Below, in pieces: positions 40,401 to 49,590 of a DNA stretch of 64,000 nucleotides. Source of the stretch: Squalus acanthias (lineage: Eukaryota). Below the pieces are notes generated by a model. That model did no database searches. It was given only the letters and a program-made list of their open reading frames with translations, and had not been told where the DNA came from. The DNA is taken from the NCBI GenBank assembly GCA_030390025.1, contig CM059438.1, positions 54,126,001 through 54,190,000 of the forward strand, written 5' to 3'. Both the position numbers and the translations under genes were made by a program. The stretch's first letter is position 1; every line of letters begins with the position of its first letter.

Positions 40401-43400
40401 CTTCGGTAGGAAGAATGGAAAAGCAGAATATTTTTGAGAAGGTGAGACGAGTAAATGTTGGTGTTCAGAGGGATTTTGGGGTCCTTGTACACAAATCACA
40501 GAAAGTTAACATGCAGGTACAACAAGCAATTAGGAAGGCATCTGGTATGTTGGCCTTTATTGCAAGGGGGTTGGAGTACAAGAGTAAGGAAGTCTTACTG
40601 CAATTATGTAGAGCTTTGGTGAGACCACACCTGGAGTACTGTGCACGGTTCTAGTCTCCTTATCTAAGGAAGCATATACTTGCCTTAGTGGCGGTGCAAC
40701 AAAGGTTCACTAGATTGATTCCTGGGATGAGAGGGCTGCCCTACGAGGAGAGATTGAGTAGACTAGGCCTATATTCTCTAGAGTTTAGAAGAATGAGAAG
40801 TGATCTCATTGAAACATATAAAATTCTTACAGGGCTTGACAGGGTAGGTGCAGGGAGGATGTTTCCCCTGGCTGGGGAGTCTAGAACCAGGGGTCACAGT
40901 CTCAGAAAAAGGAGTCGGCCATTTAGGACTGAGATGAGGAGAAATTTCTTCACTCAAAGGGTTGTGAATCTTTGGAATTCTCTAACTCAGAGGGCTGTGG
41001 ATGCTCAGTTGTTGAGTATATTCAAGACAGAGATCGATAGATTTTTGGGCATGAAGGGAATCAAGGGATATGGGATATGGCGGGAAAGTGGAGTTGATGT
41101 AGAAGTTCAGCCATGATCTTATTGAATGGCAGAGCAGGCGCGAGGGGCTGTATGGCCTACTCCTGCTCCTAATTCTTATGTTATGTGTGCATGTGGTGAG
41201 TGTTGGTATGTGCACGATGAGGCTTAGACCCACACTGGCTGTGTTGATTTGGTTCATTCAGATCTTTACAGGTCAGTGGGATGGTGTAGCAATTTAACAA
41301 TTTCTTTTAGCTTCCTTAGCTCGTGTGAGTAATGCACTCTCCCCAATAATGTGGATCTGGTGTCTAGTTTGATGTACAAAATGTACCTCGGAGTTTGTTC
41401 TGGTGGTTACTCACTTAACAGAACCTAGCTAATTTCCTGCGCACTGTCTGGACTTTATACTGAAACTTCCTGCAAGCAGGAGTCGAATGTTTCTCTGCAG
41501 GTTGTTCCTTGGGTGACTGCAGTATGTTGTACTGAGCTACATGGATCAGGAAGGCCCACAGTTTCAACCTCTGGTCTGTTGGCTGCTCCCACCACAATTG
41601 ATCTTAGTTCATGCCCCTGGGCTAGGAAAAAGGGAAACAATCATTGAGCCAGAGTCCCTGCTCCTCACCACTGACCCTCCTGCATGGTGTTCCTGTCCAG
41701 ACGTTGGGTAAAGATAGGATCAGGCTTATCTGTTAGATGGGACAAAGACTCAGTTAGAACTGTAGCCAATACATTAGGTGGGAGTAAGGGACTAACATTC
41801 AATTACAACTCTAGCCAATATGTTTGAACATCTCCCTTAGTCTCAACATTACAAACTGTGGCACTCCTTGGCTCTCAATCTTTTCTTCCTCCTCTAATAA
41901 TAATCAAACTTTTGGAAATGATCGAACCACTATCTCCTGCTTTAGTTCTCTCCTGCGCTTTATAACTTTGCCAGTGTCCTGCTTTCTGTCTAATAGGCCT
42001 TTCAAGCTCAGCTGGAGTACTTTGGGCAGCCTAATAACCCTCAGGCAGCCTAATAAGCCAGATAATGTAAATAATTTAATACTTTTAAATAATCTAAAAC
42101 TCTAGGTAATCTCTTTAGATAATCTAATCTAAATAATTAGTCTAATATTCGATATTTAATCGAATACTCTAAATAAAGAACAAAAGAAAGACTTGCATTT
42201 ATATAGCACCTTTCATGACCATAGGACGTCCCAAAGCTCTTCACAGCCATTGAAGTACTTTTTGAAGTATAGTCACTGCTGTAATGTAGGACACGTGGCA
42301 GCCAATTTGCATGCAGCAAGCTCCCACCGACAGCAAGGAGACGATGACCAGATAATCTGTATTGGTGATGTTGGTTGAGGGATGAATATTGGCCAGGACA
42401 CCGGGGAGAACTCTTTTACATCCACCTGAGAAGGCAGATAGGGCCTCAGTTTAATGTCTCATCCGAAAGACGGCACCGCCGACAGTGCAGCACTCCCTCC
42501 GTACTGCACTGTAGTGTCAGCCTAGATTATGTGCTCAAGTCTCTAGAGTGGGACTTGAACCCACAACCTTCCGACTCAGAAGCGAGAGAGACACAGCTGA
42601 CGCCTCATACGAATAATAATTTAATACTCTTTCTTTAAACAATCTAATGCGCTTTAAATGATTTAATACTCTATAAATGACCCAATACTCTAAATTACTC
42701 CGTTACTTCATTGCCAAAGTTAGTGTGAAGTGGCAGTAAGTGCAGCAGCTTTCCTAAAGTGGGAAGGAAGCTGTGGCTGATGTTTCTGTGGCTGACCTGG
42801 ACTCTTGGGTTGTTTTGTAAACAGGCTGGATGCAGGCCCTGTAACATTGGGATTATTGCACCATACAGACAGCAGCTTAAAGCAATCTCGGCCGTGCTGA
42901 TGAGGGACAAAGCTTTCAGTGCTGTTGAGGTGAATACGGTGGACAAGTACCAAGGGAGAGACAAAAGTATTATCATTGTGTCCTTCGTTAGGAGTAACGG
43001 TGAGGGAAAGGTGAGTGAAGTGATGCCGGTTACTGTGTAGTATTACAAATCCAACCTATTGTGTAATCCTGTGGGAGAATGTTAACATCAACCCGGGATA
43101 GCTGGGTCTATTTTTAATATCAATCCAGTCTTAAATCAGACCTTACTTGAAAATCGTGCTTAATTGTAACTATTAAATGTGAGCTGAAGGATGCCTTTGT
43201 TGCTGTTGGTTTGATGTCCTGTCCCCCTCCAGATAGGCTTATTTCATTGGATAGGAAATGTTTCCCACCTTTAAAGGATGCTCCACAATGAGGTGATTCA
43301 TAATTGCAATTCCTTTTGGGGGTGGGGGGTGACATTTGTGGGGACACATTTAAAGCCCAAGTGAATGGCCAGGGCCCACAGAGCAAGAATAGGAGAGAAG

Positions 43401-46400
43401 ATGAAGTGAATCGAGAAGTAATCACTCAGGACTCTGAGCTGAAGGTTCGAGGGGAAAGGAAATCTGCAAGAGTTGAGTCCCAGTTTTGAGGTCCTGGAAA
43501 TCAATGAGAACAGAGCGCTGTTCAGGCCCTTGATTTGAACACTGAGGATATATGGGGAGGAATAGTGCGGTGGATGCCATGTTTGGAGCACGGAAGGAAT
43601 GGTAGAGGAAAGTTCAGAGGAAGGTTGACCATTGAAGTGTTGAGAAAGAGATACAAGAACGGATGTGATGGGTTAAGGGAGAGATCGCCCATCAGCCAAC
43701 AAGCTGTTTCTTGTATTCTGTAGCGAGAGGCTGCTACAAGTGTCAGTGAAGCCATCACCGGTTTATGCAGCACTATTCAAGCCTTGGACACATGGACAGT
43801 GCAGAAAGTTAATGTTTCTCCAGAAAAGAGGCACAAAAGAGGAAACCGAACTTCTTGCAGGCAGATTCAGCAATTGGGAGAGGAAAGAGTGAGGTAAAAA
43901 AATGTAAGTGGACTGAGGAGGACTATAGGTGGAGGTGTCAAAGGTGAGAGCTGGTAGCTGCTGGTTAGAATGGAGAGAGGTGCTTGGAGCTGGAGGTTGA
44001 GGCCATGTAACCCAACAGAAGGTGAGGAATCACCAGCAGAAGAGTGGACAAGGGCTGGACAGTGAGTAGAGGAGGCAGTGTCAACGTGATGTGGCTTTGG
44101 TATGTTTTTGCTTTGGATTTCTCTTCAAATCTGAACAAGAAACCAGTTTAATAATTAAAATATAAAACCTGGAATAAAACACAAACCTGCAATTGCCTGA
44201 CTTGCTCATTTCAGCAAACCATGAATCGTGTGCGGTGTCTCCTCAATGAAAGTGGACATTACATCAAATAGGAGATAACTGCTCTGAACTTTCTTAACAG
44301 CTTGGAGAGTTACTGAAGGACTGGCGAAGACTCAACGTAGCCCTGACTAGAGCCAAGCACAAGCTGGTAATGATGGGATGCATGTCCACGCTGTGCCAAT
44401 ATGCTCCTTTAAAAAAATTACTGGATCACTTGAAGACTGAAGAAATGATATCCTTTACAAGCGATAATGTGTTTAGAGGATAAAGGATGTATAAATGGCA
44501 GAGGTCCAGTCTTGAAGGTAACGGGTTAGCTATCTGGGAACTGGGTTGAAATGCAGACCAGACTGATGAGATGACATCCCCTGTGTCTGGCTGTAGGGGC
44601 CTTTGTGAAATGAGTTGGGCAGTCTCAATCCACTTCCTCATGAGCTTGGGCCACAAAGCTTTCCTTAATTTTCATTAATTAGCAATCTGACCCACCCAGA
44701 CTGCTCACAGAAATTGCTGGTACATGAAATGGAAAATGTCGTGGCTGTGTCGTAGGGGATGCACGTATGAGGTTGTAGCCTTCTCTGCTTGAGTGGAAAT
44801 ATCTCGGGTTTCTCTTTCTATAACTATCATTTCCCATCCATGCCACCCATCCCTAGAGTGGGGGGGGGCCCGCGGGCCGTCCCCTAGAGTGGGGGGGGAC
44901 ACGGGCCGTCCCCTAGAGTGGGGGGGAACACGGGCCGTCCCCTAGAGTGGGGGGGGGGGGCCCGCGGGCCGTCCCCTAGAGTGGGGGGGGACACGGGCCG
45001 TCCCCTAGAGTGGGGGGGGGGGACGCGGGCCGTCCCCTAGAGTGGGGGGGGGCCCGCGGGCCGTCCCCTAGAGTGGGGGGGGACACGGGCCGTCCCCTAG
45101 AGTGGGGGGGGGGGGCCCGCGGGCCGTCCCCTAGAGTGGGGGGGGGACACGGGCCGTCCCCTAGAGTGGGGGGGGGCCCGCGGGCCGTCCCCTAGAGTGG
45201 GGGGGGACACGGGCCGTCCCCTAGAGTGGGGGGGGGCCCGCGGGCCGTCCCCTAGAGTGGGGGGGGACACGGGCCGTCCCCTAGAGTGGGGGGGGACACG
45301 GGCCGTCCCCTAGAGTGGGGGGGGGGACGCGGGCCGTCCCCTAGAGTGGGGGGGGGGACGCGGGCCGTCCCCTAGAGTGGGGGGGGGGGACGCGGGCCGT
45401 CCCCTAGAGTGGGGGGGGGGACGCGGGCCGTCCCCTAGAGTGGGGGGGGGGGACGCGGGCCGTCCCCTAGAGTGGGGGGGGACACGGGCCGTCCCCTAGA
45501 GTGGGGGGGGGCCCGCGGGCCGTCCCCTAGAGTGGGGGGGGACACGGGCCCTCCCCTAGAGTGGGGGGGGGCCCGCGGGCCGTCCCCTAGAGTGGGGGGG
45601 GGACACGGGCCGTCCCCTAGAGTGGGGGGGGGGGACGCGGGCCGTCCCCTAGAGTGGGGGGGGGGCCGCCCCCTAGAATGGGGGGGGGCCGCGGGCCGTC
45701 CCCTAGAGTGGGGGGGGGGGCCGCGGGCCGTCCCCTAGAGTGGGGGGGGGAGCCGCGGGCCGTCCCCTAGCGTGGGGGGGGGGGCCGCGGGCCGTCCCCT
45801 AGAGTGGGGGGGGGGCCCGCGGGCCGTCCCCTAGAGTGGGGGGGGGGGGGAGGATGCGGGCCGTCCCCTAGAGTGGGGGGGGGGGGGGCCGCGGGCCGTC
45901 CCCTAGAGTGGGGGGGGGGGGCCGCGGGCCGTCCCCTAGAGTGGGGGGGGAGGATGCGGGCCGTCCCCTAGAGTGGGGGGGGGGGGAGACGCGGGCCGTC
46001 CCCTCGAGTGGGGTGGGACGCGGGCCGTCCCCTAGAGTGGGGGGGGGGGGAGACGCGGGCCGTCCCCTCGAGTGGGGTGGGACGCGGGCCGTCCCCCAGA
46101 GTGGGGGGGAGGACGCGGGCCGTCCCCTAGAGTGGGGGGGCCGCGGGCCGTCCCCTAGAGTGGGGGGGAGGATGCGGGCCGTCCCCTAGAGTGGGGGGGG
46201 GACGCGGGCCGTCCCCTCGAGTGGGGGGGGGGGGGCCGCGGGCCGAACCCTAGAGTGGGGGGGGGACGCGGGCCGTCCCCTAGAGTGGGGGGGGGACGCG
46301 GGCCGTACCCTAGAGTGGGGGGGGGACGCGGGCCGTCCCCTAGAGTGGGGGGGGGACGCGGGCCGTCCCCTAGAGTGGGGGGGGGGGACCCGGGCCGTCC

Positions 46401-49400
46401 CCTAGAGTGGGGGGGGGGACGCGGGCCGTCCCCTAGAGTGGGGGGGGGGACGCGGGCCGTCCCCTAGAGTGGGGGGGGGCCGCGGGCCGTCCCCTAGAGT
46501 GGGGGGGGGAGCCGCGGGCCGTCCCCTAGCGTGGGGGGGGGGGCCGCGGGCCGTCCCCTAGAGTGGGGGGGGGGCCCGCGGGCCGTCCCCTAGAGTGGGG
46601 GGGGGGGGAGGATGCGGGCCGTCCCCTAGAGTGGGGGGGGGGGGCCGCGGGCCGTACCCTAGAGTGGGGGGGGGACGCGGGCCGTACCCTAGAGTGGGGG
46701 GGGGCCGCGGGCCGTACCCTAGAGTGGGGGGGGGGGACGCGGGCCGTCCCCTAGAGTGGGGGGGGGACGCGGGCCGTCCCCTAGAGTGGGGGGGGGGACG
46801 CGGGCCGTCCCCTAGAGTGGGGGGGGGACGCGGGCCGTCCCCTAGAGTGGGGGGGGGGGACGCGGGCCGTCCCCTAGAGTGGGGGGGGACGACGCGGGCC
46901 GTCCCCTAGAGTGGGGGGGGGGACGCGGGCCGTCCCCTAGAGTGGGGGGGGGGACGCGGGCCGTCCCCTAGAGTGGGGGGGGGGGACGCGGGCCGTCCCC
47001 TCGAGTGGGGGGGGGGACGCGGGCCGTCCCCTCGAGTGGGGGGGGGACGCGGGCCGTCCCCTAGAGTGGGGGGGGGGACGCGGGCCGTCCCCTAGAGTGG
47101 GGGGGGGGACGCGGGCCGTCCCCTAGAGTGGGGGGGGACACGGGCCCTCCCCTAGAGTGGGGGGGGGCCCGCGGGCCGTCCCCTAGAGTGGGGGGGGACA
47201 CGGGCCGTCCCCTAGAGTGGGGGGGGGGACGCGGGCCGTCCCCTAGAGTGGGGGGGGGGCCGCCCCCTAGAATGGGGGCGGGCCGCGGGCCGTCCCCTAG
47301 AGTGGGGGGGGGAGCCGCGGGCCGTCCCCTAGCGTGGGGGGGGGGGGGCCGCGGGCCGTCCCCTAGAGTGGGGGGGGGGCCCGCGGGCCGTCCCCTAGAG
47401 TGGGGGGGGGGGGAGGATGCGGGCCGTCCCCTAGAGTGGGGGGGGGGGGGAGACGCGGGCCGTCCCCTCGAGTGGGGTGGGACGCGGGCCGTCCCCTAGA
47501 GTGGGGGGGGGGGGAGACGCGGGCCGTCCCCTCGAGTGGGGTGGGACGCGGGCCGTCCCCCAGAGTGGGGGGGAGGACGCGGGCCGTCCCCTAGAGTGGG
47601 GGGGCCGCGGGCCGTCCCCTAGAGTGGGGGGGAGGATGCGGGCCGTCCCCTAGAGTGGGGGGGGGACGCGGGCCGTCCCCTCGAGTGGGGGGGGGGGGGC
47701 CGCGGGCCGAACCCTAGAGTGGGGGGGGGACGCGGGCCGTCCCCTAGAGTGGGGGGGGGGACGCGGGCCGTACCCTAGAGTGGGGGGGGGACGCGGGCCG
47801 TCCCCTAGAGTGGGGGGGGGACGCGGGCCGTCCCCTAGAGTGGGGGGGGGGACCCGGGCCGTCCCCTAGAGTGGGGGGGGGGACGCGGGCCGTCCCCTAG
47901 AGTGGGGGGGGGGACGCGGGCCGTCCCCTAGAGTGGGGGGGGGCCGCGGGCCGTCCCCTAGAGTGGGGGGGGGAGCCGCGGGCCGTCCCCTAGCGTGGGG
48001 GGGGGGGCCGCGGGCCGTCCCCTAGAGTGGGGGGGGGGCCCGCGGGCCGTCCCCTAGAGTGGGGGGGGGGGGAGGATGCGGGCCGTCCCCTAGAGTGGGG
48101 TGGCCGCGGGCCGTCCCCCAGAGTGGGGGGGAGGATGCGGGCCGTCCCCTAGAGTGGGGGGGCCGCGGGCCGTCCCCTAGAGTGGGGGGGGGGACGCGGG
48201 CCGTCCCCTTGAGTGGGGGGACGGGGGACGCGGGCCGTCCCCTCGAGTGGGGGGGGGGGGGACGCGGGCCGTCCCCTCGAGTGGGGGGGGGGGGCCGCGG
48301 GCCGTACCCTAGAGTGGGGGGGGGACGCGGGCCGTACCCTAGAGTGGGGGGGGGGCCGCACCCTAGAGTGGGGGGGGGGGACGCGGGCCGTCCCCTAGAG
48401 TGGGGGGGGGGACGCGGGCCGTCCCCTAGAGTGGGGGGGGGACGCGGGCCGTCCCCTAGAGTGGGGGGGGGACGCGGGCCGTCCCCTAGAGTGGGGGGGG
48501 GACGCGGGCCGTCCCCTAGAGTGGGGGGGGGGACGCGGGCCGTCCCCTCGAGTGGGGGGGGGGACGCGGGCCGTCCCCTAGAGTGGGGGGGGGGACGCGG
48601 GCCGTCCCCTAGAGTGGGGGGGGGGACGCGGGCCGTCCCCTAGAGTGGGGGGGGGGACGCGGGCCGTCCCCTAGAGTGGGGGGGGGGACGCGGGCCGTCC
48701 CCTCGAGTGGGGGGGGGACGCGGGCCGTCCCCTCGAGTGGGGGGGGGACGCGGGCCGTCCCCTAGAGTGGGGGGGGGGACGCGGGCCGTCCCCTAGAGTG
48801 GGGGGGGGGACGCGGGCCGTCCCCTAGAGTGGGGGGGGGGACGCGGGCCGTCCCCTCGAGTGGGGGGGGGGACGCGGGCCGTCCCCTCGAGTGGGGGGGG
48901 GGACGCGGGCCGTCCCCTCGAGTGGGGGGGGGGGACGCGGGCCGTCCCCTAGAGTGGGGGGGGGGACGCGGGCCGTCCCCTAGAGTGGGGGGGGGGACGC
49001 GGGCCGTCCCCTAGAGTGGGGGGGGGGACGCGGGCCGTCCCCTAGAGTGTGGGGGGGGGCCGCGGGCCGTTCCCCTCGAGTGGGGGGGGGACGCGGGGCC
49101 GTCCCCACCATTTCTGGGGGCATTGCGTTAAATGAGGTCACTTTTTGCGCAGCTGGAAGAAGGTACTGCTGTGCTTTCATGTTTTGTTTAACAAGTTTCC
49201 GGCTCGAATAACCTCCCCCCCCCCCCCCCCACATCCCAAACACCCAACCATTGCTAGCAGTTCCTTCATGAATAATCCCTGTCGGCTAGGAACCCACCAG
49301 GAATGGCTCCAGCTGAATTGGGTAGCATTGCTGTGGGGTGATCACGGGTCCCGTGTGGATGACTGGTGCCCGTCTGTAGGATTGCACGCCCCAGCTTGGG

Positions 49401-49590
49401 CACCCTGCCAACCGTCTTCACACACACGGAGCCTTGGCCATCACTGGTTAGTGGTTTCACTTCATGGCTGAGTGATTCAATGGACTTCAATCTCCACAAT
49501 GCAGGGTTATGACAATTCTTCCTTTTCCTTAACCAGCTCTACATCATTGACCTTCCCCCTGCAGCGCACACAATTACTACTGTGAAGTGA
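1237..49590 (+). CDS. DNA2: DNA replication ATP-dependent helicase/nuclease DNA2; spliced CDS, 20 exons in window, 5' exon(s) upstream
   Basis: Exon phases chain consistently (3061 nt = 1 + 1020 codons incl. stop). Motifs: Fe-S cysteines (IRCMRR; [10 protein letters not shown]), nuclease LVHEIFQ / GKIDV / LELKTG, Walker [51 protein letters not shown]. Confidence 0.97.
1597..2371. repeat. 36-37-bp GC-rich minisatellite (cgggcagtgggtagtccgcagcgggcagtccggccc)
   Basis: About 21 tandem copies. Confidence 0.95.
3311..3440 (+). mobile_element. Penelope-like terminal repeat fragment
   Basis: aggtcatcgacctgaaacgtt...tttccagc...gtattttgc, shared with 17823-17945 and 51795-51925. Confidence 0.6.
3531..3714 (+). 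CDS. DNA2: DNA2 exon (DTVEVKAGD...[15 protein letters not shown]), first Fe-S Cys
   Basis: tttcag| ... |gtgaga; [18 protein letters not shown]. Confidence 0.95.
3833..4317 (-). mobile_element. tRNA-derived SINE (DeuSINE/SacSINE1-like), near full length
   Basis: Minus strand: A box tggctcagttg, B box gggttcaagtccc, tail gctatataaatgcaagtctttctt. Confidence 0.8.
5205..7335. repeat. Compound minisatellite gaggctccgtgtctctcactgtt + variable (gt)n
   Basis: ~29-33 bp units, degenerating at the right end. Confidence 0.95.
7630..7778 (+). CDS. DNA2: DNA2 exon ([20 protein letters not shown]...)
   Basis: ttcaag| ... |gtaagc; nuclease His motif. Confidence 0.95.
7984..8736. mobile_element. MITE, PIF/Harbinger-like
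   Basis: TIR ggcccgtaatttccga / tcggaaaatacgggcc; 3-bp AAT duplication on both sides; AT-rich core. Confidence 0.75.
9620..9990 (-). mobile_element. L2 LINE 3' fragment
   Basis: Minus translation [19 protein letters not shown]. Confidence 0.7.
10426..10855. repeat. 27-bp minisatellite (tgggtgaggatggagtgtgggtgacat)
   Basis: Tandem copies with a recurring longer variant unit. Confidence 0.95.
11651..11782 (+). CDS. DNA2: DNA2 exon (YSLNLSQ...QLQLK)
   Basis: atacag| ... |gtacgt; phase 2/2 fits neighbours. Confidence 0.9.
12159..12375 (+). CDS. DNA2: DNA2 exon, nuclease active site ([19 protein letters not shown]...[17 protein letters not shown])
   Basis: tcgtag| ... |gtatgt; PD-(D/E)XK-type motifs. 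Confidence 0.96.
12395..12857. repeat. 33-bp minisatellite (ggggtacagttcctgaaggtgctgactctcact)
   Basis: About 14 copies starting ~19 nt after the donor site. Confidence 0.95.
12870..14020 (-). mobile_element. CR1 LINE fragments (RT part and a 3' end), with L2-like sequence interspersed
   Basis: [16 protein letters not shown]; 3' terminal gaatggccgactcctgttcttatg. Confidence 0.7.
14057..14223. mobile_element. 167-bp hAT-type MITE
   Basis: TIR caatgttccctgttagctgcgc / gcgcagctcagagggaacatt; 8-bp TSD ctcctgac / ctcttgac (7/8). Confidence 0.75.
14250..14995 (+). mobile_element. L2 LINE 3' fragment
   Basis: [16 protein letters not shown]; [18 protein letters not shown]. Confidence 0.8.
16454..17176. 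repeat. 25/28-bp minisatellite (ctgctccctcattggagggcggcgg)
   Basis: About 18 identical 25-mers followed by 28-bp variants. Confidence 0.95.
17725..17945. mobile_element. Palindromic Penelope-derived insertion with 14-bp TSD
   Basis: Perfect 92-bp inverted arms 17725-17816 / 17823-17914; tggtatctatctgt at 17711-17724 and 17946-17959. Confidence 0.8.
18143..18260 (+). CDS. DNA2: DNA2 exon ([26 protein letters not shown]...)
   Basis: ctgcag| ... |gtatca; manual translation, frame not in the ORF track. Confidence 0.95.
19490..20025 (+). mobile_element. Internally deleted LINE derivative (CR1 group)
   Basis: Endonuclease-start-like [10 protein letters not shown] fused to 3' region [12 protein letters not shown], related to 50695-51690. 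Confidence 0.65.
20077..20242 (+). CDS. DNA2: DNA2 exon with Fe-S CxxCxxxxxC (LLKLRNQLA...[14 protein letters not shown])
   Basis: acacag| ... |gtaagg. Confidence 0.95.
20247..20425. repeat. ~40-bp repeat (gggagtgtccaatcactggcgccgtaccaggaaactgtga), ~4.5 copies
   Basis: Begins inside the splice donor gtaagg. Confidence 0.9.
20880..21074 (+). CDS. DNA2: DNA2 exon (AVEQEMEG...IWMHSAED)
   Basis: ctgcag| ... |gtgaga. Confidence 0.93.
21265..23090 (-). mobile_element. CR1 LINE ORF2 (RT), frameshifted
   Basis: [35 protein letters not shown] in broken frames. Confidence 0.9.
23186..23416 (+). CDS. DNA2: DNA2 exon ([10 protein letters not shown]...GDRVVVS...CTLD)
   Basis: tgatag| ... |gtaagg. Confidence 0.93.
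24530..24646 (+). CDS. DNA2: DNA2 exon ([14 protein letters not shown]...LGNLSKLME)
   Basis: acgcag| ... |gtaagt. Confidence 0.93.
24759..24885. repeat. Two copies of a 67-bp satellite-like unit (tcaaacactcccagggcaggtacagcacgggttagatacagagtaaagctccctc...)
   Basis: Direct repeat, period 67. Confidence 0.8.
24895..25785 (+). mobile_element. 5'-truncated CR1 LINE
   Basis: [10 protein letters not shown]; RRLRGDLIE; 3' end gggctgaatagcctccttctgtgctgta. Confidence 0.88.
25788..25990 (+). mobile_element. tRNA-derived SINE, 5' half
   Basis: tggctcagttgg ... ggttcaagtccc; same family as 3833-4317. Confidence 0.75.
26032..26141 (+). CDS. DNA2: DNA2 exon ([15 protein letters not shown]...VANILI)
   Basis: cctcag| ... 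|gtacgc. Confidence 0.93.
26520..26629 (+). CDS. DNA2: DNA2 exon, helicase Walker A ([10 protein letters not shown]...[14 protein letters not shown])
   Basis: ttcaag| ... |gtaagg. Confidence 0.96.
26920..27144 (+). CDS. DNA2: DNA2 exon (VRILHAC...[12 protein letters not shown]...YKSE)
   Basis: Uncommon gatgag| acceptor, |gtaagt donor; helicase motif Ia. Confidence 0.92.
27540..27810 (+). mobile_element. CR1 3' end
   Basis: Similar to 25575-25785; ends tgctatatgattctat. Confidence 0.75.
28565..28990 (+). mobile_element. CR1 3' end
   Basis: tggaactcgctatcac; ends gggccgaatgacctgtttctgtgctgtacattctatg. Confidence 0.75.
29983..30880 (-). mobile_element. 5'-truncated CR1 LINE
   Basis: 195-aa [19 protein letters not shown]...[13 protein letters not shown]...RRMRGD. 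Confidence 0.9.
30890..31110 (+). mobile_element. Possible decayed DIRS-type retrotransposon fragment
   Basis: [25 protein letters not shown] resembles the DIRS post-RNase H pattern EW-x-L...F...WG-x-P-x-VDLF. Confidence 0.45.
31140..31410 (-). mobile_element. CR1 3' end
   Basis: ggccattcag...atcatggctga-type terminus as at 13555. Confidence 0.7.
31452..32650 (-). mobile_element. 5'-truncated L2 LINE
   Basis: [33 protein letters not shown]; (ttg)n tail. Confidence 0.88.
32697..34112. repeat. ~54-57-bp minisatellite (cccagcccctaacctgtgtcctgtaatctctgacattcccccctcactgttta)
   Basis: About 25 tandem copies. Confidence 0.95.
34447..34640 (+). CDS. DNA2: DNA2 exon, motifs II/III ([17 protein letters not shown])
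   Basis: ttacag| ... |gtatga. Confidence 0.96.
34700..36855 (+). mobile_element. CR1 LINE 5'/internal part (ORF1 esterase end plus ORF2 endonuclease), split by a MITE
   Basis: [22 protein letters not shown] then [10 protein letters not shown] and [11 protein letters not shown]. Confidence 0.8.
35830..36566. mobile_element. MITE related to 7984-8736
   Basis: TIR gggccagaaattcg / cgaatttctgcccc; shares gtatcccaggggcgcag, gggatcacgtgggcca, gctaaaaataaactta, gggtgtgtacacag. Confidence 0.7.
37205..37945. repeat. Degenerate CA-rich minisatellite (cagcacaccgcgcaccaacacaccgta)
   Basis: Mosaic of 12-15-bp subunits. Confidence 0.9.
37984..38073 (+). CDS. DNA2: DNA2 exon ([13 protein letters not shown]...VQYRMN)
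   Basis: caacag| ... |gtactt; followed by an 80-nt intron. Confidence 0.95.
38154..38340 (+). CDS. DNA2: DNA2 exon ([15 protein letters not shown]...CFLNTEK)
   Basis: ccacag| ... |gtgagg. Confidence 0.95.
38895..38984 (+). CDS. DNA2: DNA2 exon ([21 protein letters not shown]...LLK)
   Basis: cccaag| ... |gtaggt. Confidence 0.92.
39300..41185 (+). mobile_element. CR1 LINE ORF2 to 3' end, frameshifted
   Basis: [21 protein letters not shown]-like, [12 protein letters not shown]; 3' end ggcctactcctgctcctaattcttatg. Confidence 0.9.
42185..42601 (-). mobile_element. tRNA-derived SINE (DeuSINE-like)
   Basis: Same family as 3833-4317. Confidence 0.8.
42825..43010 (+). CDS. DNA2: DNA2 exon ([10 protein letters not shown]...[22 protein letters not shown])
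   Basis: aaacag| ... |gtgagt; SF1 motif V. Confidence 0.96.
44301..44447 (+). CDS. DNA2: DNA2 penultimate exon ([22 protein letters not shown]...KTEEM)
   Basis: taacag| acceptor; ends at U12 donor |ATATCCTTT; motif VI. Confidence 0.95.
44448..49542 (+). other. DNA2: U12-type (minor spliceosome) AT-AC intron, last intron of DNA2
   Basis: 5' site ATATCCTTT at 44448; branch site TTCCTTAAC at 49525-49533; terminal AC at 49541-49542; splicing gives in-frame EEM|IIDLP matching the DNA2 C-terminus. Confidence 0.93.
44850..49106. repeat. ~29-30-bp G-run minisatellite (ccctagagt-G(n)-acgcgggccgtc), roughly 140-145 units
   Basis: Direct tandem array; G-run lengths may partly reflect sequencing error. 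Confidence 0.97.
49543..49590 (+). CDS. DNA2: DNA2 terminal coding exon ([15 protein letters not shown])
   Basis: Follows the AC acceptor; TGA at 49588-49590. Confidence 0.9.
   Translation: MIDLPPAAHTITTVK

Noticed and set aside
49534-49536. CAG as the acceptor of the last DNA2 exon
   Set aside because: Too close to the U12 branch point, and the donor is AT-type; the AC 6 nt later restores the expected IIDLP. Minor use cannot be excluded.
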